A stretch of DNA of 64,000 nucleotides from a virus (Duplodnaviria; Caudoviricetes): the IMG/VR virus record IMGVR_UViG_3300021124_000003, positions 8,783-72,782 of that record; one strand, given 5' to 3'. Positions 17,955 to 27,466 of this stretch are shown piece by piece (positions within the stretch are counted from its first letter, which is position 1; every line of letters begins with the position of its first letter). Under the pieces are notes generated by a model. That model was not told the DNA's origin. It did not search any database and saw nothing but the letters and a program-made list of their open reading frames with translations. A program made the translations under genes and the position numbers.

Positions 17955-19157
17955 TCACACGTACTTGTAGACTTGGAACACGACGTCAGCGTTTACAGGG
18001 GCAGGAGCGGACCAAGTTCCTGACGCTGACAGCTCCCAAGTACACAGGTAGAAATCATTTGTGTACTGCGCCGCGCAGATCGCGAAACCTACATTACCTC
18101 CGGTGAAGTTCCCTTGCGCATCACCTGCTTGAATGTGTGGTAGCACTGAGTACGTGGTGTCTGGCGCGGGGGTTGTGAACGTGATCAAAAGAGACCCGGT
18201 TGAACCTGACGTTACCGACGCAACATTGATCCCATTCACCAGCGCGGGAGCGTACACACCCTCTGTGTGCGGGACGAGCTGCCAGTGGATCCGCCCCGCT
18301 GCGAATAGGTACGTTGTCCCAGCAGGACCAGGAGGTCCGGCACTTAGCGGTGAGTTCCAGCTTCCATTGAAGTAAACGTAGGTTCCTGTGTGCGCGGATG
18401 GGGTTGGAACTGTGATCCCGACCAACCTGGAGTTGGACCCGGGCGTAGCGCTGAGCACACCCGCGTTCGACACATAAACTGCGGTATTATCTGCGATAGT
18501 ACCCGGTATGTTGACAACACCCTGCCTGCGCACAACGATCGGGTCCCCGATCGCAGGAGACAGTGACCCATTAACCCCCGCCAGCACGATGTGCATGTCT
18601 AATGACATCGCAAATGCGCTTGTAGCAAGCGCAGGAACAAAGCTTGGTAACCACTCTTGTCCCGGCAATCCGAGCTTAATCGGTGACTCTGTAGAGATGT
18701 AAACAACCGAGCCAGGCACGAGCCCACTAGATCCAGCAACCCCAACGTATACGCCGGTATCAGCCAAGAGATTGTCCAGGCGTTGGAGAAGATGCTCCGT
18801 GTCGGTCTGCCATCCGCGGACAGGATCGAATTGAAGCGTCTCACCGAACGCAGCAATCCGCTCGTAGCTCTTGACCTGTTTAACAGCCACAGCCGCGGTC
18901 GCAACCGTCTGCGTAGGCTGCCCAGCGTTCGTAACGAGGAGAACGAGGTACGTTCCCTCCTTACGCGCTGTGAACGTTGGGTTCTGGATCGTATCGTTTG
19001 ACAGGTTGTCTACAACGTTGGCGACGTTGAAGACATTGGGCTGATCGATAAACGACCAGGTATAAGGTCCGGCAGCAGTGGTGCTGAGCTGGACCAAAGA
19101 CCCGATCGTTACCGTTTGCGGCCCTGGGCTGCTGTTGATGAGGATAGACGTGCTCAT
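17955..19157 (-). CDS. Virion structural/fibre protein (PKD-like N-terminus, short collagen-like stretch)
   Basis: YTWSF..QP...L.N.T..NPTFT.....GTY.V.L pattern; GPPGPAG. Confidence 0.6.
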   Translation of the reverse strand: MSTSILINSSPGPQTVTIGSLVQLSTTAAGPYTWSFIDQPNVFNVANVVDNLSNDTIQNPTFTARKEGTYLVLLVTNAGQPTQTVATAAVAVKQVKSYERIAAFGETLQFDPVRGWQTDTEHLLQRLDNLLADTGVYVGVAGSSGLVPGSVVYISTESPIKLGLPGQEWLPSFVPALATSAFAMSLDMHIVLAGVNGSLSPAIGDPIVVRRQGVVNIPGTIADNTAVYVSNAGVLSATPGSNSRLVGITVPTPSAHTGTYVYFNGSWNSPLSAGPPGPAGTTYLFAAGRIHWQLVPHTEGVYAPALVNGINVASVTSGSTGSLLITFTTPAPDTTYSVLPHIQAGDAQGNFTGGNVGFAICAAQYTNDFYLCTWELSASGTWSAPAPVNADVVFQVYKYV

Positions 19158-19163
19158 GTAGAA

Positions 19164-19475
19164 CTACCGATCCTCGCTGCCAGCCTTGCCTTGCTCGGCG
19201 TTGAGCAGTTCCATGAGGGAGTTAAAGTGGTCGCGAATCTCCAGCACGGACACATCCTCCCACTGTAGCAGCGATTGCCTGCCGTACCGGGCCAGTGCCA
19301 TCTTCTGTCGCTGCCGATGCTTCAGTAGAAGCCCTGGCTCGATATTAACGAAGTGTCTCCAAGCCCCCTCTAACCCAGAGGCGAATGGGAAGGACAATGT
19401 ATCAAGCAGTTGCTCTGCTTCGAGGGTTAGGAGATCACCTCGGCTGTTGTGACAGCAATACAATTCTCGAAAAAA
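19164..19475 (-). CDS. Tail assembly chaperone T portion, reached by -1 frameshift
   Basis: ORF overlapping the end of G in the -1 frame, open from the slippery site. Confidence 0.75.
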   Translation of the reverse strand, partial: FFRELYCCHNSRGDLLTLEAEQLLDTLSFPFASGLEGAWRHFVNIEPGLLLKHRQRQKMALARYGRQSLLQWEDVSVLEIRDHFNSLMELLNAEQGKAGSEDR

Positions 19476-19987
19476 TCGAGTTGATCCTCCTGCGTGAGCG
19501 AGTGCGTCTTCATGTAGTAGTTCTGGAGCATCATTCGACCCTTGGGTCCGATCTCGTCCCAGAAGCGCTCAGGAGACGCTGACGGGTCACGTTGGGACCA
19601 GTCGGTGCGCTTGCCGTCGATACCACGAACTGTCTGCTTCGTCAGCTCCGCGATGGAGCGCGCAGACTCACCGCGGGCACGCTGAATAGCCAGCTTCTCG
19701 TCCGCGTCGGAGAGAGCCCACACGATGCACTGACGATCTTGTCCCTTGGGCTTAGCCGTCCAACGGGCACGGAAACGCAGGAACGTAACCTCCCTGCCGG
19801 GGGGGATCTTCAGGTCTGCCGGCCACACCGCCCACTCGGGGAGGGACTCGGTGTCCTTCGGTTCCTCCCTCGTAGCGGCAGGGGGCGGGGAGTTCTTCTC
19901 CGCCACCTCGTACGAGGTGGCCTCCATTGCGGCGGCCTCCTCGGGGGTCATGGAATGCGTTTTGAGCAAATCGTGGATCATTGTCAT
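19427..19987 (-). CDS. Tail assembly chaperone G
   Basis: Follows tail tube; start MTMIHD; carries slippery heptamer near its 3' end. Confidence 0.75.
   Translation of the reverse strand: MTMIHDLLKTHSMTPEEAAAMEATSYEVAEKNSPPPAATREEPKDTESLPEWAVWPADLKIPPGREVTFLRFRARWTAKPKGQDRQCIVWALSDADEKLAIQRARGESARSIAELTKQTVRGIDGKRTDWSQRDPSASPERFWDEIGPKGRMMLQNYYMKTHSLTQEDQLDFFENCIAVTTAEVIS
19469..19475 (-). promoter_or_regulatory. -1 programmed frameshift site T TTT TTC
   Basis: GAT TTT TTC GAG; -1 reading gives DFFRELYCCHNSRG, joining the downstream ORF. Confidence 0.8.
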
Positions 19988-20110
19988 GTGCGCCTCGGAG
20001 TAGGTGGGGCGCCTCGACTTCGGATCTCTTGGTGCTACGCTAGCATCAAAAGTGGGCTCGCGATGTTTTCGGCATCCGAGCCCCGGCCACACTCGGGAGG
20101 CGCTCCTCGC

Positions 20111-20593
20111 ATGACACCAGAGAGTCTAGCAAGATTTCTAGCCAAAGTAGGTAAGCCTACAACAGGATGCACCGAATGGTTGGGACAACGGCGTGACGAC
20201 GGATTCGGTACGAAGCTAGGGTACGGAAGAGTCCGTATTGACCGAGTAGAGTATCTTACGCACCGTGTGGCATGGGCAATAGCGAACCCGGGTAAGCCAC
20301 TTCCACCTGTCGTGCGGCACACATGCGACAATCCGATCTGTGTCGCACCAAACCATTTAGTTGGCGGGACACAAGCGGATAACGTTCAAGATACGCACGC
20401 CCGAGGCAGGGCTAGAAAACGCGGAGTTAGGGGCGAACAGCGGACTACGACAGGGCTGACAGACACGATTGTTTTGGATATACGATCGCGTGTAGCAAGC
20501 GGGCAAAAGCCCGTACAAGTGGGGCGGTTATACGGGCAGTCGTCCAAGAACGTGTGGGTGATCATCCACAGGCGGACGTGGACGCACATCTAA
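20111..20593 (+). CDS. Free-standing HNH homing endonuclease
   Basis: GCTEW.G...GYG...THRVAW...VRHTCDNPICVAPNHL..GTQADNVQD; antisense to operon. Confidence 0.9.
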   Translation: MTPESLARFLAKVGKPTTGCTEWLGQRRDDGFGTKLGYGRVRIDRVEYLTHRVAWAIANPGKPLPPVVRHTCDNPICVAPNHLVGGTQADNVQDTHARGRARKRGVRGEQRTTTGLTDTIVLDIRSRVASGQKPVQVGRLYGQSSKNVWVIIHRRTWTHI

Positions 20594-20608
20594 AAGCGCG
20601 TAGGCAGC

Positions 20609-21061
20609 CTAGACACCATCAAGAACTATGTCTTCCGCCTCACCCGACAGCTTCACCGACACGTAGTCGTCTCGGCTCGGGATGTTGAGCGGGATAGGGC
20701 CGAAGTGGGCGTCAGGGATGATGAAGTTAACGGTGTCCCCGTTGGGGAAGACGAACGAACCCGTGATCGTAATCACTGTATCCGGTGTGAACCGCTGCGA
20801 ACGGGTCTTCACAGCGTTGGCAAATATGAACCACTGATTCGAGTGGATGTGCAAGCTCATGTCGAACTTGACCCCGTTGAAGACGTCATCCTTGAGATCC
20901 GTCTTCATCCCGAGGTATCCGACGCTTTTCGTCTGGAGCATCAACTCCGCGTCGAAGCTTTGGATGTCAGTGAGCGTAGCCTGAAGTGCGTTATCGACTG
21001 TGATCGTAACGGCCACTTCCTGGCCCTTGATCCTCTGCCCCTCGGTTCGCGTGATAGTCAT
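20609..21061 (-). CDS. Tail tube protein
   Basis: 150 aa beta-rich gene right after sheath. Confidence 0.8.
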   Translation of the reverse strand: MTITRTEGQRIKGQEVAVTITVDNALQATLTDIQSFDAELMLQTKSVGYLGMKTDLKDDVFNGVKFDMSLHIHSNQWFIFANAVKTRSQRFTPDTVITITGSFVFPNGDTVNFIIPDAHFGPIPLNIPSRDDYVSVKLSGEAEDIVLDGV

Positions 21062-21089
21062 TGACTTTTACCTTATCTGTGTGGACGTA

Positions 21090-23996
21090 TCAGCTAGCGA
21101 CCGTGGCAGCAACCTCGGTGACTGTGACCTGATCACCAACCGTTGACTCCAGAACGATGCTATCGAACGAGGAGAGCGTTTGAACCTTGACGGTGAGCCG
21201 GAACAACCCCTGCGAGGCGAGGGCCGTAGCGTTTGCGGGAGCAGACAGTGTATAGCCAGCGATGCGCTGACTGGAAGGGTTGCCTCGCGAGAGCAGCCCA
21301 TCGAGAAAGCTCACAAGAGAGACACGAACGGCCGTCTGCCGCTGTGCTGTCTGGAGCTTCTTGCCGTACTGCTTACAGATGATCGACATCGTGTCTTCGA
21401 TGTAGTCAGCCATTCGGCGGCGGCTGATTCGCACCAGGCTCGGGTAGAGGCTGGGGTTAACCGAGGTCACACCAGACTGGAAGATCGCAACACCGCCATC
21501 CATCCGAAGACCAACGATACCGTTGGTCTTAAGGTTGATGTAGTCTTGGATAACAAGACCCTGTGCATTCGAGCTGGACTCCAGGCCGAGCGTGTAGGTC
21601 GTGAACGACGTCTCCTGCCCGGGGTTTTCCTCGGGCGGGAGCTGTGAACAGACCGAAGCGAGCAGGAAGTCCGCCCCGGTATCGACAACACCAGTAGCCG
21701 TGAACGGCGTGGGAGGCACGCCCTGGGTAGAGGCTAGGAACTGCGTATTACCGGCGAGGCCAACCGCTTGGATCGCAGGGACCTGCGTGCGTTGCTGCGG
21801 CCAGCAGTAGAAGACTCGCTGCGAGGAGTACGCCCCAACACCCGGTTCGGCGCTAGGGCTTGTGGCGACGAGTTCAGTCGTGCCGAGCGGGGGCCGGATA
21901 CAAGCGACCCGGCCGAGCATTCCGTTGGCGGACGCGAATAGAACGTTGGCAAGAAGTGCTCGGCGAATCGCGTTGGACTGGCGGGCACTAACGATTACAT
22001 TGGTTTGCGACGCGACACTCGACAGATCGAGCGTGCTGGTGAGCGCGTTCTCGTACGCGACGTCGATCTGGTTCTCTGTAGGAGCAGCCGAGATCGCTTG
22101 CGTGTTCTGCACCTGGAACGAGAACACCGTCGGTGGGAGGAGGATCGTATCGACGGCCCCCGCGTTGATCCCAATACCAGACCCGTCGTCGAGTGCGTGT
22201 CGCACCGGAACCGTGTACGGACCGGTTGCCGGTTGTGTTACGTTCGTTCCGTACGGATCAACGATGACGCCTGTGGACGTGAAGTTGATGTCCTGGGCTG
22301 TGACCACGTACTGGAGGGTGCTACCGCCTGACGGGTGTACGAGCGTACCTGCCGGGATCTTACCCTGGGTGGGTAGCGTGCCGGGTGTGGTCAAGTTCGT
22401 GAGGGCGTACGGGCTCGCGGTGGTTCCAGCCCCAAACCCAAGAATAGGGCAAAGGTCCTGGCCGCCGACCGGAGCAACAGCCTGGATCAGCCCCGTGCTA
22501 GGGGTTGCTGTGTTCGAGATGCGGAGAGCGTTGTTCTGGTCAAGCACCAGCTTGAACCCAGGCTCAGCGTTGACGACCGCAGCAAGCTCGCTGAATTGCG
22601 CGTTACGCCACGTTGCGACGCTGTTACCAGGGCTACCAACCGAGGAGTTAACGAGTGAGGCGCTAGCCGTATTGACCAGGCTCGAAAGGACTGTGCCTTG
22701 CGGCAGGATCCCAAGAAGGAAGAGCGCGCCACCAGCCACAACCGTTTGTGCCGCAACTGCGACCACAACGCTTGTCGTGAGCGTTACAGCAGTACCGGAG
22801 ATCGTCCACGGTCCGAGATCGACACCGTTGACGACCATGTGCGCTCCACCGGCCGGGTTAAGCCCGGTCGCGGACGTGACAGAGAACGTGCCGGCGGCAG
22901 GGGCAGGCGACGCAGCGACGGTGGTAGACCCACCGTAAATCGTAGCCGTCTGTGTGGCGGTCGGGTTCGCCGTGCTGACGTCATCCGCCAGAAACGTGAT
23001 CGTCGAGTTGTTTCCGAGGGTATACGCGGTCCACACCAGTTTGGTGCCGGCGTAGTTGACCGCAGTGATCGGGAACCCAGCGGCGGAGTTGATCACGTTT
23101 GATGCAGAGAGCAGCGCTTGTGCCAGCGTGCCGGTGAGCCCAGCCTGAAAGTACGCCGTGGCCGGCGTCGTCATGTTGTCCGTCTGGAAGGTGAGGAACT
23201 GACCACGCTGCACAGCATCCGCTTCAGCAACCGTATCCACAGCGGATGGCGTGTACGTGGCGGGGATTGCCGTGAAGGAGGCGTACGCCGGGGAAGAGGC
23301 GTCATTCTTGAGACCAAGAATCCATGGGCCTCCTGCGTAGGAGATCGTCTGCCCAGCTACTAGTGTCTGTGCCGCCCCGTAAGAGCCGACTGCGAACGTG
23401 AACACGTTCGCAGATCGGGTCCAGGTCCCGCTAGCTTGGGTGAACCCTGTGACAGACAGCGACGACCCAGAAAGCGGGAAGGTCGCACCGTTAGCCACAG
23501 TGAACGTTCCGGTTCCACCAGCAGTGATCGTGGCCACGATAGGCGCCGCAGCCGAGAAGTTGTAGGAGAACTGCGAGTACCCGGTAAGGTACGCGAGCGG
23601 GTAGAACTGCACGCTCCCAGGAGATGTGTTGACTCGTGTGATGAACAGCCGGGCAAACTGAAGCCCATTGAGCTGCACAGCGCCATTCCCGTTCCAAGGC
23701 TCACCCTTGCCGAGCAGGCCGTCTGCCTTGCGCGCGGGGGAACAAGGCCAGTTGGCGGTCGTCTGACCATAGGTGAAACCGACACCGCCGAACGTTGTGA
23801 AGAAGTCGCTTGACCCGATCACTTCTGTTGGTGTGTTGTAAGGGCCGTTCTCGAACTCACCGACGACGAGCACTGCACCAGAGCCAACCCCAACGGTTTC
23901 CGCAGGAGGGGTTAGATCGAGGATGTTCACGCTCTCGATGTTGAGAAGCACATCGACGCCGGGATCGTATGTGAAGCGTCGCGCAAAGACAGACAT
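21090..23996 (-). CDS. Tail sheath protein with large internal insertion
   Basis: VGEFENGPYNTPTEV..SSDF.TTFGG N-terminus; RISRRRMADYIED and VKVQTLSSFDSI C-terminus. Confidence 0.9.
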   Translation of the reverse strand: MSVFARRFTYDPGVDVLLNIESVNILDLTPPAETVGVGSGAVLVVGEFENGPYNTPTEVIGSSDFFTTFGGVGFTYGQTTANWPCSPARKADGLLGKGEPWNGNGAVQLNGLQFARLFITRVNTSPGSVQFYPLAYLTGYSQFSYNFSAAAPIVATITAGGTGTFTVANGATFPLSGSSLSVTGFTQASGTWTRSANVFTFAVGSYGAAQTLVAGQTISYAGGPWILGLKNDASSPAYASFTAIPATYTPSAVDTVAEADAVQRGQFLTFQTDNMTTPATAYFQAGLTGTLAQALLSASNVINSAAGFPITAVNYAGTKLVWTAYTLGNNSTITFLADDVSTANPTATQTATIYGGSTTVAASPAPAAGTFSVTSATGLNPAGGAHMVVNGVDLGPWTISGTAVTLTTSVVVAVAAQTVVAGGALFLLGILPQGTVLSSLVNTASASLVNSSVGSPGNSVATWRNAQFSELAAVVNAEPGFKLVLDQNNALRISNTATPSTGLIQAVAPVGGQDLCPILGFGAGTTASPYALTNLTTPGTLPTQGKIPAGTLVHPSGGSTLQYVVTAQDINFTSTGVIVDPYGTNVTQPATGPYTVPVRHALDDGSGIGINAGAVDTILLPPTVFSFQVQNTQAISAAPTENQIDVAYENALTSTLDLSSVASQTNVIVSARQSNAIRRALLANVLFASANGMLGRVACIRPPLGTTELVATSPSAEPGVGAYSSQRVFYCWPQQRTQVPAIQAVGLAGNTQFLASTQGVPPTPFTATGVVDTGADFLLASVCSQLPPEENPGQETSFTTYTLGLESSSNAQGLVIQDYINLKTNGIVGLRMDGGVAIFQSGVTSVNPSLYPSLVRISRRRMADYIEDTMSIICKQYGKKLQTAQRQTAVRVSLVSFLDGLLSRGNPSSQRIAGYTLSAPANATALASQGLFRLTVKVQTLSSFDSIVLESTVGDQVTVTEVAATVAS

Positions 23997-24062
23997 CGGG
24001 TTTAACCTCTCTCGAAACAGTCCTGGGATGAGGGTAGCACAGAGCTACTTGCTCTTGCTGAA

Positions 24063-24836
24063 TCAGGCTTTTGTTGCTGGGTCTGGATAGTCGTACGGAG
24101 GAGGCCACAGGCCAGTGTTGGTGAGGGAACCGTCAGGGTCCTGCACATCGTAAAGGTTTGAGTGGTCCATCTGAACGATAGCTTGGGGCTTCATCGTAAC
24201 CGTGTTTATCAAGGCAACGACGTTGAACTCCATTCTGATCTCGATACTGGCTCGGCGACGATTCTGCCCAGATCCAGTTTCTACGATGGTTCTACCCAGC
24301 ATGGTAAACCTAACAGTCTGATCGTAGAAATCACGCATGACAAGGCGAACGCCTGACATCTGCTCTGTCGGGTTGAACGCAACGTCAAAGGTGGAAAGGA
24401 TGCCGCGAAGCTCTGGCAGTTTGGAGCACCAGAGGTCTAGCTGGAACACCTCAACGTACTCTTCCATCCGCATGAGGACGGTGTTCTTCCCACGGATTCC
24501 GGCTGTCTCCTCGATGATTGCTGGTACGAATGAGCACGCTTTGGTTGTCCCAGCCCCGGGAAGCACCGCGATAGCGGGGAACTCTACGTCCTGCTCGTAG
24601 TCCGGCCAGTTAACGTAGAAGTTACCCGGCGGGATCCGAAACGGGATGCTGGGTCCGTTTGTGTCACCTGGGATCGCGTAGACAAAACTCGTCAGGTACG
24701 CCCCAAGCAGGCGCAAAGCGGACGTCCTACCGTCCACAGCAGGAACCGGAGGATTCGGTTTGGACGGGTAGACATCACCCGCGGGGCGAAGACCTGGGCC
24801 GAGAATTGCTTTGACAAGGCTGCTTAGGGTAATCAC
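24063..24836 (-). CDS. Tail terminator/neck protein
   Basis: Position upstream of sheath; FPAIAV motif. Confidence 0.55.
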   Translation of the reverse strand: MITLSSLVKAILGPGLRPAGDVYPSKPNPPVPAVDGRTSALRLLGAYLTSFVYAIPGDTNGPSIPFRIPPGNFYVNWPDYEQDVEFPAIAVLPGAGTTKACSFVPAIIEETAGIRGKNTVLMRMEEYVEVFQLDLWCSKLPELRGILSTFDVAFNPTEQMSGVRLVMRDFYDQTVRFTMLGRTIVETGSGQNRRRASIEIRMEFNVVALINTVTMKPQAIVQMDHSNLYDVQDPDGSLTNTGLWPPPYDYPDPATKA

Positions 24837-25363
24837 TTCCTACTCCCAAAAGCAGACGTGAGTGCGGCTGCAATCTCGTCTCTAACGATCTTATACGCAC
24901 GTATCTGGGCTTGCATCTTGATTCGCATCCCAGACCCATTCCCGAACCCTGACGCGATGCCGGACTCCATGAAGATTCCGCGTTTCTGAAGACCCTTCAG
25001 AATCGCCCATGGGGAAGCTGGGATGCCTTTCTCTGCCGCCCATTCCGCGAGGGCTTCGATGATTGGCCCGCCCTTCGGAACGTTACTCCCTTGGACTCCC
25101 TTTTCGATGAAGACCGCATGTGGGACCGTATTGACGACCCACACAGAATCCTTGTTGTCGACAATACGCCAACCGTCGATGTAGTCGCGCCGCCAGATGG
25201 GTGCTCTAGGCTGCGCACTAGGGATCAGCTCATCTCGTACGAGCTTGATCACCCTGTCAGCAGCGCGAAGCATCCCTACCCGTGTGGCAGTATTGATCTG
25301 TCCCTGCGTGTAAGCAGAGAACTTTGCCATCGATCCTGGCGATAGAAGCTGGAAAGACGGCAT
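24833..25363 (-). CDS. HK97 gp10-like neck/tail completion protein
   Basis: VVNTVPHAVFIEKG...WA..KG pattern. Confidence 0.65.
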   Translation of the reverse strand: MPSFQLLSPGSMAKFSAYTQGQINTATRVGMLRAADRVIKLVRDELIPSAQPRAPIWRRDYIDGWRIVDNKDSVWVVNTVPHAVFIEKGVQGSNVPKGGPIIEALAEWAAEKGIPASPWAILKGLQKRGIFMESGIASGFGNGSGMRIKMQAQIRAYKIVRDEIAAALTSAFGSRK

Positions 25364-25371
25364 GACGGGTA

Positions 25372-25671
25372 TCAGTCGAAGTGGCCGTGAAACCCGCGGG
25401 ATTGCGCAGCGTTGTGATTGATCGCGCTTACGTCATGGTCAGACGCTATCTGAAGCATGATCTTACGAGCAGCAGGGCTAGGTTCACCAGCAGACGCGGT
25501 GCGAAGTGCAGACGCCGCGTGCGTGTGTGCTGTAGCCGCTGCTGCGTGGTCAACGTCACGCTTCTTGGACATAGCATTCGCCTTCTTGCTCAGGCTCCTT
25601 GCCGTGTCAGAAGCATTAGCCCCCATGCTAGATCGGTGCTGCGCCCATGTAGTAAGACTTGAGCTTGCCAT
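25372..25671 (-). CDS. Small Ala/His-rich protein
   Basis: Start MASSSLTTWAQHRS, 1 nt after upstream stop. Confidence 0.6.
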   Translation of the reverse strand: MASSSLTTWAQHRSSMGANASDTARSLSKKANAMSKKRDVDHAAAATAHTHAASALRTASAGEPSPAARKIMLQIASDHDVSAINHNAAQSRGFHGHFD

Positions 25672-25672
25672 G

Positions 25673-25924
25673 TTACTTCTTTCGACTCCTACGCTTTGTC
25701 CACGCGGCAAGACCAGCTTGCTTAGCTAGGTCAAGTCTAGCATTCACTTCCGCAAGCTTCTCTTTGGAGACACCGGCAGCGTGCTCATTCGCCTCGTGCG
25801 CGTACCCTGCCGCGTCAACGAGCCACTTTGGATCTTCGGTTAGCCTAGCCTGCTTATACGCAGCGATGGCTCTGGCGCACCACTTGTCGGCGGCCTCTTC
25901 GTCGTACTGCCTAGGGGTCTTCAC
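25673..25924 (-). CDS. Small helical protein
   Basis: GTG start overlapping upstream stop; ends LAAWTKRRSRKK. Confidence 0.6.
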   Translation of the reverse strand: MKTPRQYDEEAADKWCARAIAAYKQARLTEDPKWLVDAAGYAHEANEHAAGVSKEKLAEVNARLDLAKQAGLAAWTKRRSRKK

Positions 25925-26097
25925 TTGGACCTCCGCTTGGCCCACGTAGATAGGCTTTTCTTCCTCGCGTCCTGTGATTTGAAGTGCTCTACGACTGCGA
26001 GTCGCTTGTGCGACTCAGCTTTCGTGAGATCCGGCGCGGACAGGTTCTTACCAGACTCGCTCACTACTTTGAAACCGCTTCCTGTCTTCTTGATCAT
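25921..26097 (-). CDS. 58-aa basic protein (below ORF-track cutoff)
   Basis: MIKKTGSGFKVVSESGKNLSAPDLTKAESHKRLAVVEHFKSQDARKKSLSTWAKRRSK; TAATG coupling; resembles small 'GK.LG...TK.EA.KRL..IE.FK' phage head-module proteins. Confidence 0.7.
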   Translation of the reverse strand: MIKKTGSGFKVVSESGKNLSAPDLTKAESHKRLAVVEHFKSQDARKKSLSTWAKRRSK

Positions 26098-26735
26098 TAC
26101 TCAGTCCCGCTTAGGTACTTTGATTTTCCGTCGCGCCCCAAGTCCTCGGAGATTCTCTCCAAAGTGATCAGCCACTTAACACCACCAGCGTCTCGATGCG
26201 GGGTGGAGAGGAGCCGAAACTTCTTCTGCGAGGGAAGAGGGTCTCCCCGGCCGTCCTCCACAATCAAGTAGAAGAACTCGATCTTACCGGGGATATGATT
26301 CTCGTGCTGGACAGGCTGCCACTTACCCACGAGAATATCCTCGGAGAACTGCGCAACGCTCACAAAATCCAGGCGAACGCTTCCAATCGGGATCACACCG
26401 GCAGACACAGGACTTTTACGAACCATGTCTAGGCTTGTGACCTTCGGTGTTGGGAGCATCTCGATACGCTGTAGCTCGCGCTCGTGCCCCTCACCGCGTT
26501 CACTCCCGCCCCACTGGCTCCACACAAGAAAGACCCTATACGGACGAATCCCGAAATTGGTGGCGATCTGCCGCAGTCTATCTGCTGTAGTCGCGAACCT
26601 CTGCGCGAAAGACCCCAACGCGCTGGAAGGCGTCAGCGGACGAGCGCTAGGTGAAGGTGTGCCGTTAGCGTTAGGACCCGGGGGTCTACACGCTTGGGGG
26701 GAGGAGCACGGAGTCTGCCCACAGGCACACGGCAT
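26097..26735 (-). CDS. Putative head-closure/head-tail joining protein
   Basis: Position in neck module; beta-rich C-terminal half. Confidence 0.5.
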   Translation of the reverse strand: MPCACGQTPCSSPQACRPPGPNANGTPSPSARPLTPSSALGSFAQRFATTADRLRQIATNFGIRPYRVFLVWSQWGGSERGEGHERELQRIEMLPTPKVTSLDMVRKSPVSAGVIPIGSVRLDFVSVAQFSEDILVGKWQPVQHENHIPGKIEFFYLIVEDGRGDPLPSQKKFRLLSTPHRDAGGVKWLITLERISEDLGRDGKSKYLSGTE

Positions 26736-26759
26736 AACCCAAGGTTAGCACCTCGGAGC

Positions 26760-27041
26760 ATGGTAGACTTGTCGATGCCAACCAGCGACAGCTTCGAGAT
26801 CGAGGGGCTTAACCCACACAAGAAAGCTACTAGGGAAGAGTTCGAGAAGGCCGCCGCCGCGGGGCTGCACCTGACCCTGGAGGAGTTCAGAAAGGAAGGA
26901 TGGCGTGCTTCGCCGTGCGCTACCGCGTGCGACTACGCAAGGTGCTCGGGATGGACCCTAGAGCTTGTGAGCGGGCCTATGCGGTACGCGCCAAGAGCAA
27001 ATTGGGCAGCGGACGCCCCGGATCCGGCAGACCGTAAGTGA
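26760..27041 (+). CDS. Small antisense hypothetical protein (moron-like)
   Basis: Plus-strand ORF with CATACDYARC; stop lies 2 nt from tRNA CCA end. Confidence 0.5.
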   Translation: MVDLSMPTSDSFEIEGLNPHKKATREEFEKAAAAGLHLTLEEFRKEGWRASPCATACDYARCSGWTLELVSGPMRYAPRANWAADAPDPADRK

Positions 27042-27043
27042 CT

Positions 27044-27119
27044 TGGAGCTGACACTGGGACTTGAACCCAGAACCTCCCGATTACAAGTCGGGTGCTCGA
27101 CCAGTTGAGCTACGCCAGC
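27044..27119 (-). tRNA. tRNA-Thr(UGU)
   Basis: 76-nt canonical cloverleaf, CCCGA-CTTGTAA-TCGGG anticodon arm, encoded CCA. Confidence 0.97.
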
Positions 27120-27466
27120 GTTACTCTGAGAGGGTGCGCCAAAGCGTGTAAGCGGCGGACTACCGGGCTTGCTTCTCCTTGAGAGGGAGCGCGTCCCAGC
27201 CGGACGAAGCGTGTGGTCTACCGAGGGCTCGCATGAACTCTTTGAAGTTCAGCTCACCGGCAGTTCGGTCATCCCGTACAAACCAAAACTCTGTCATTTG
27301 CGAAGTTTACGGAGATTCGTCTTGTGCGACTCAACGCGCAGCATGACGATCAAGAACAAGAGGCACGCAATGACGACTTTCCCATCCGCGACAGACAAGC
27401 AGTGCGACCCACCGAAAACGTAGTCTGACTCTGCTGCCAGGTCGCGGACGGGAACGACGTCTATAA

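Noticed and set aside
3579-23996. Extracellular contractile injection system or tailocin
   Set aside because: Portal, scaffold and capsid genes are in the same operon, so this is a phage tail.
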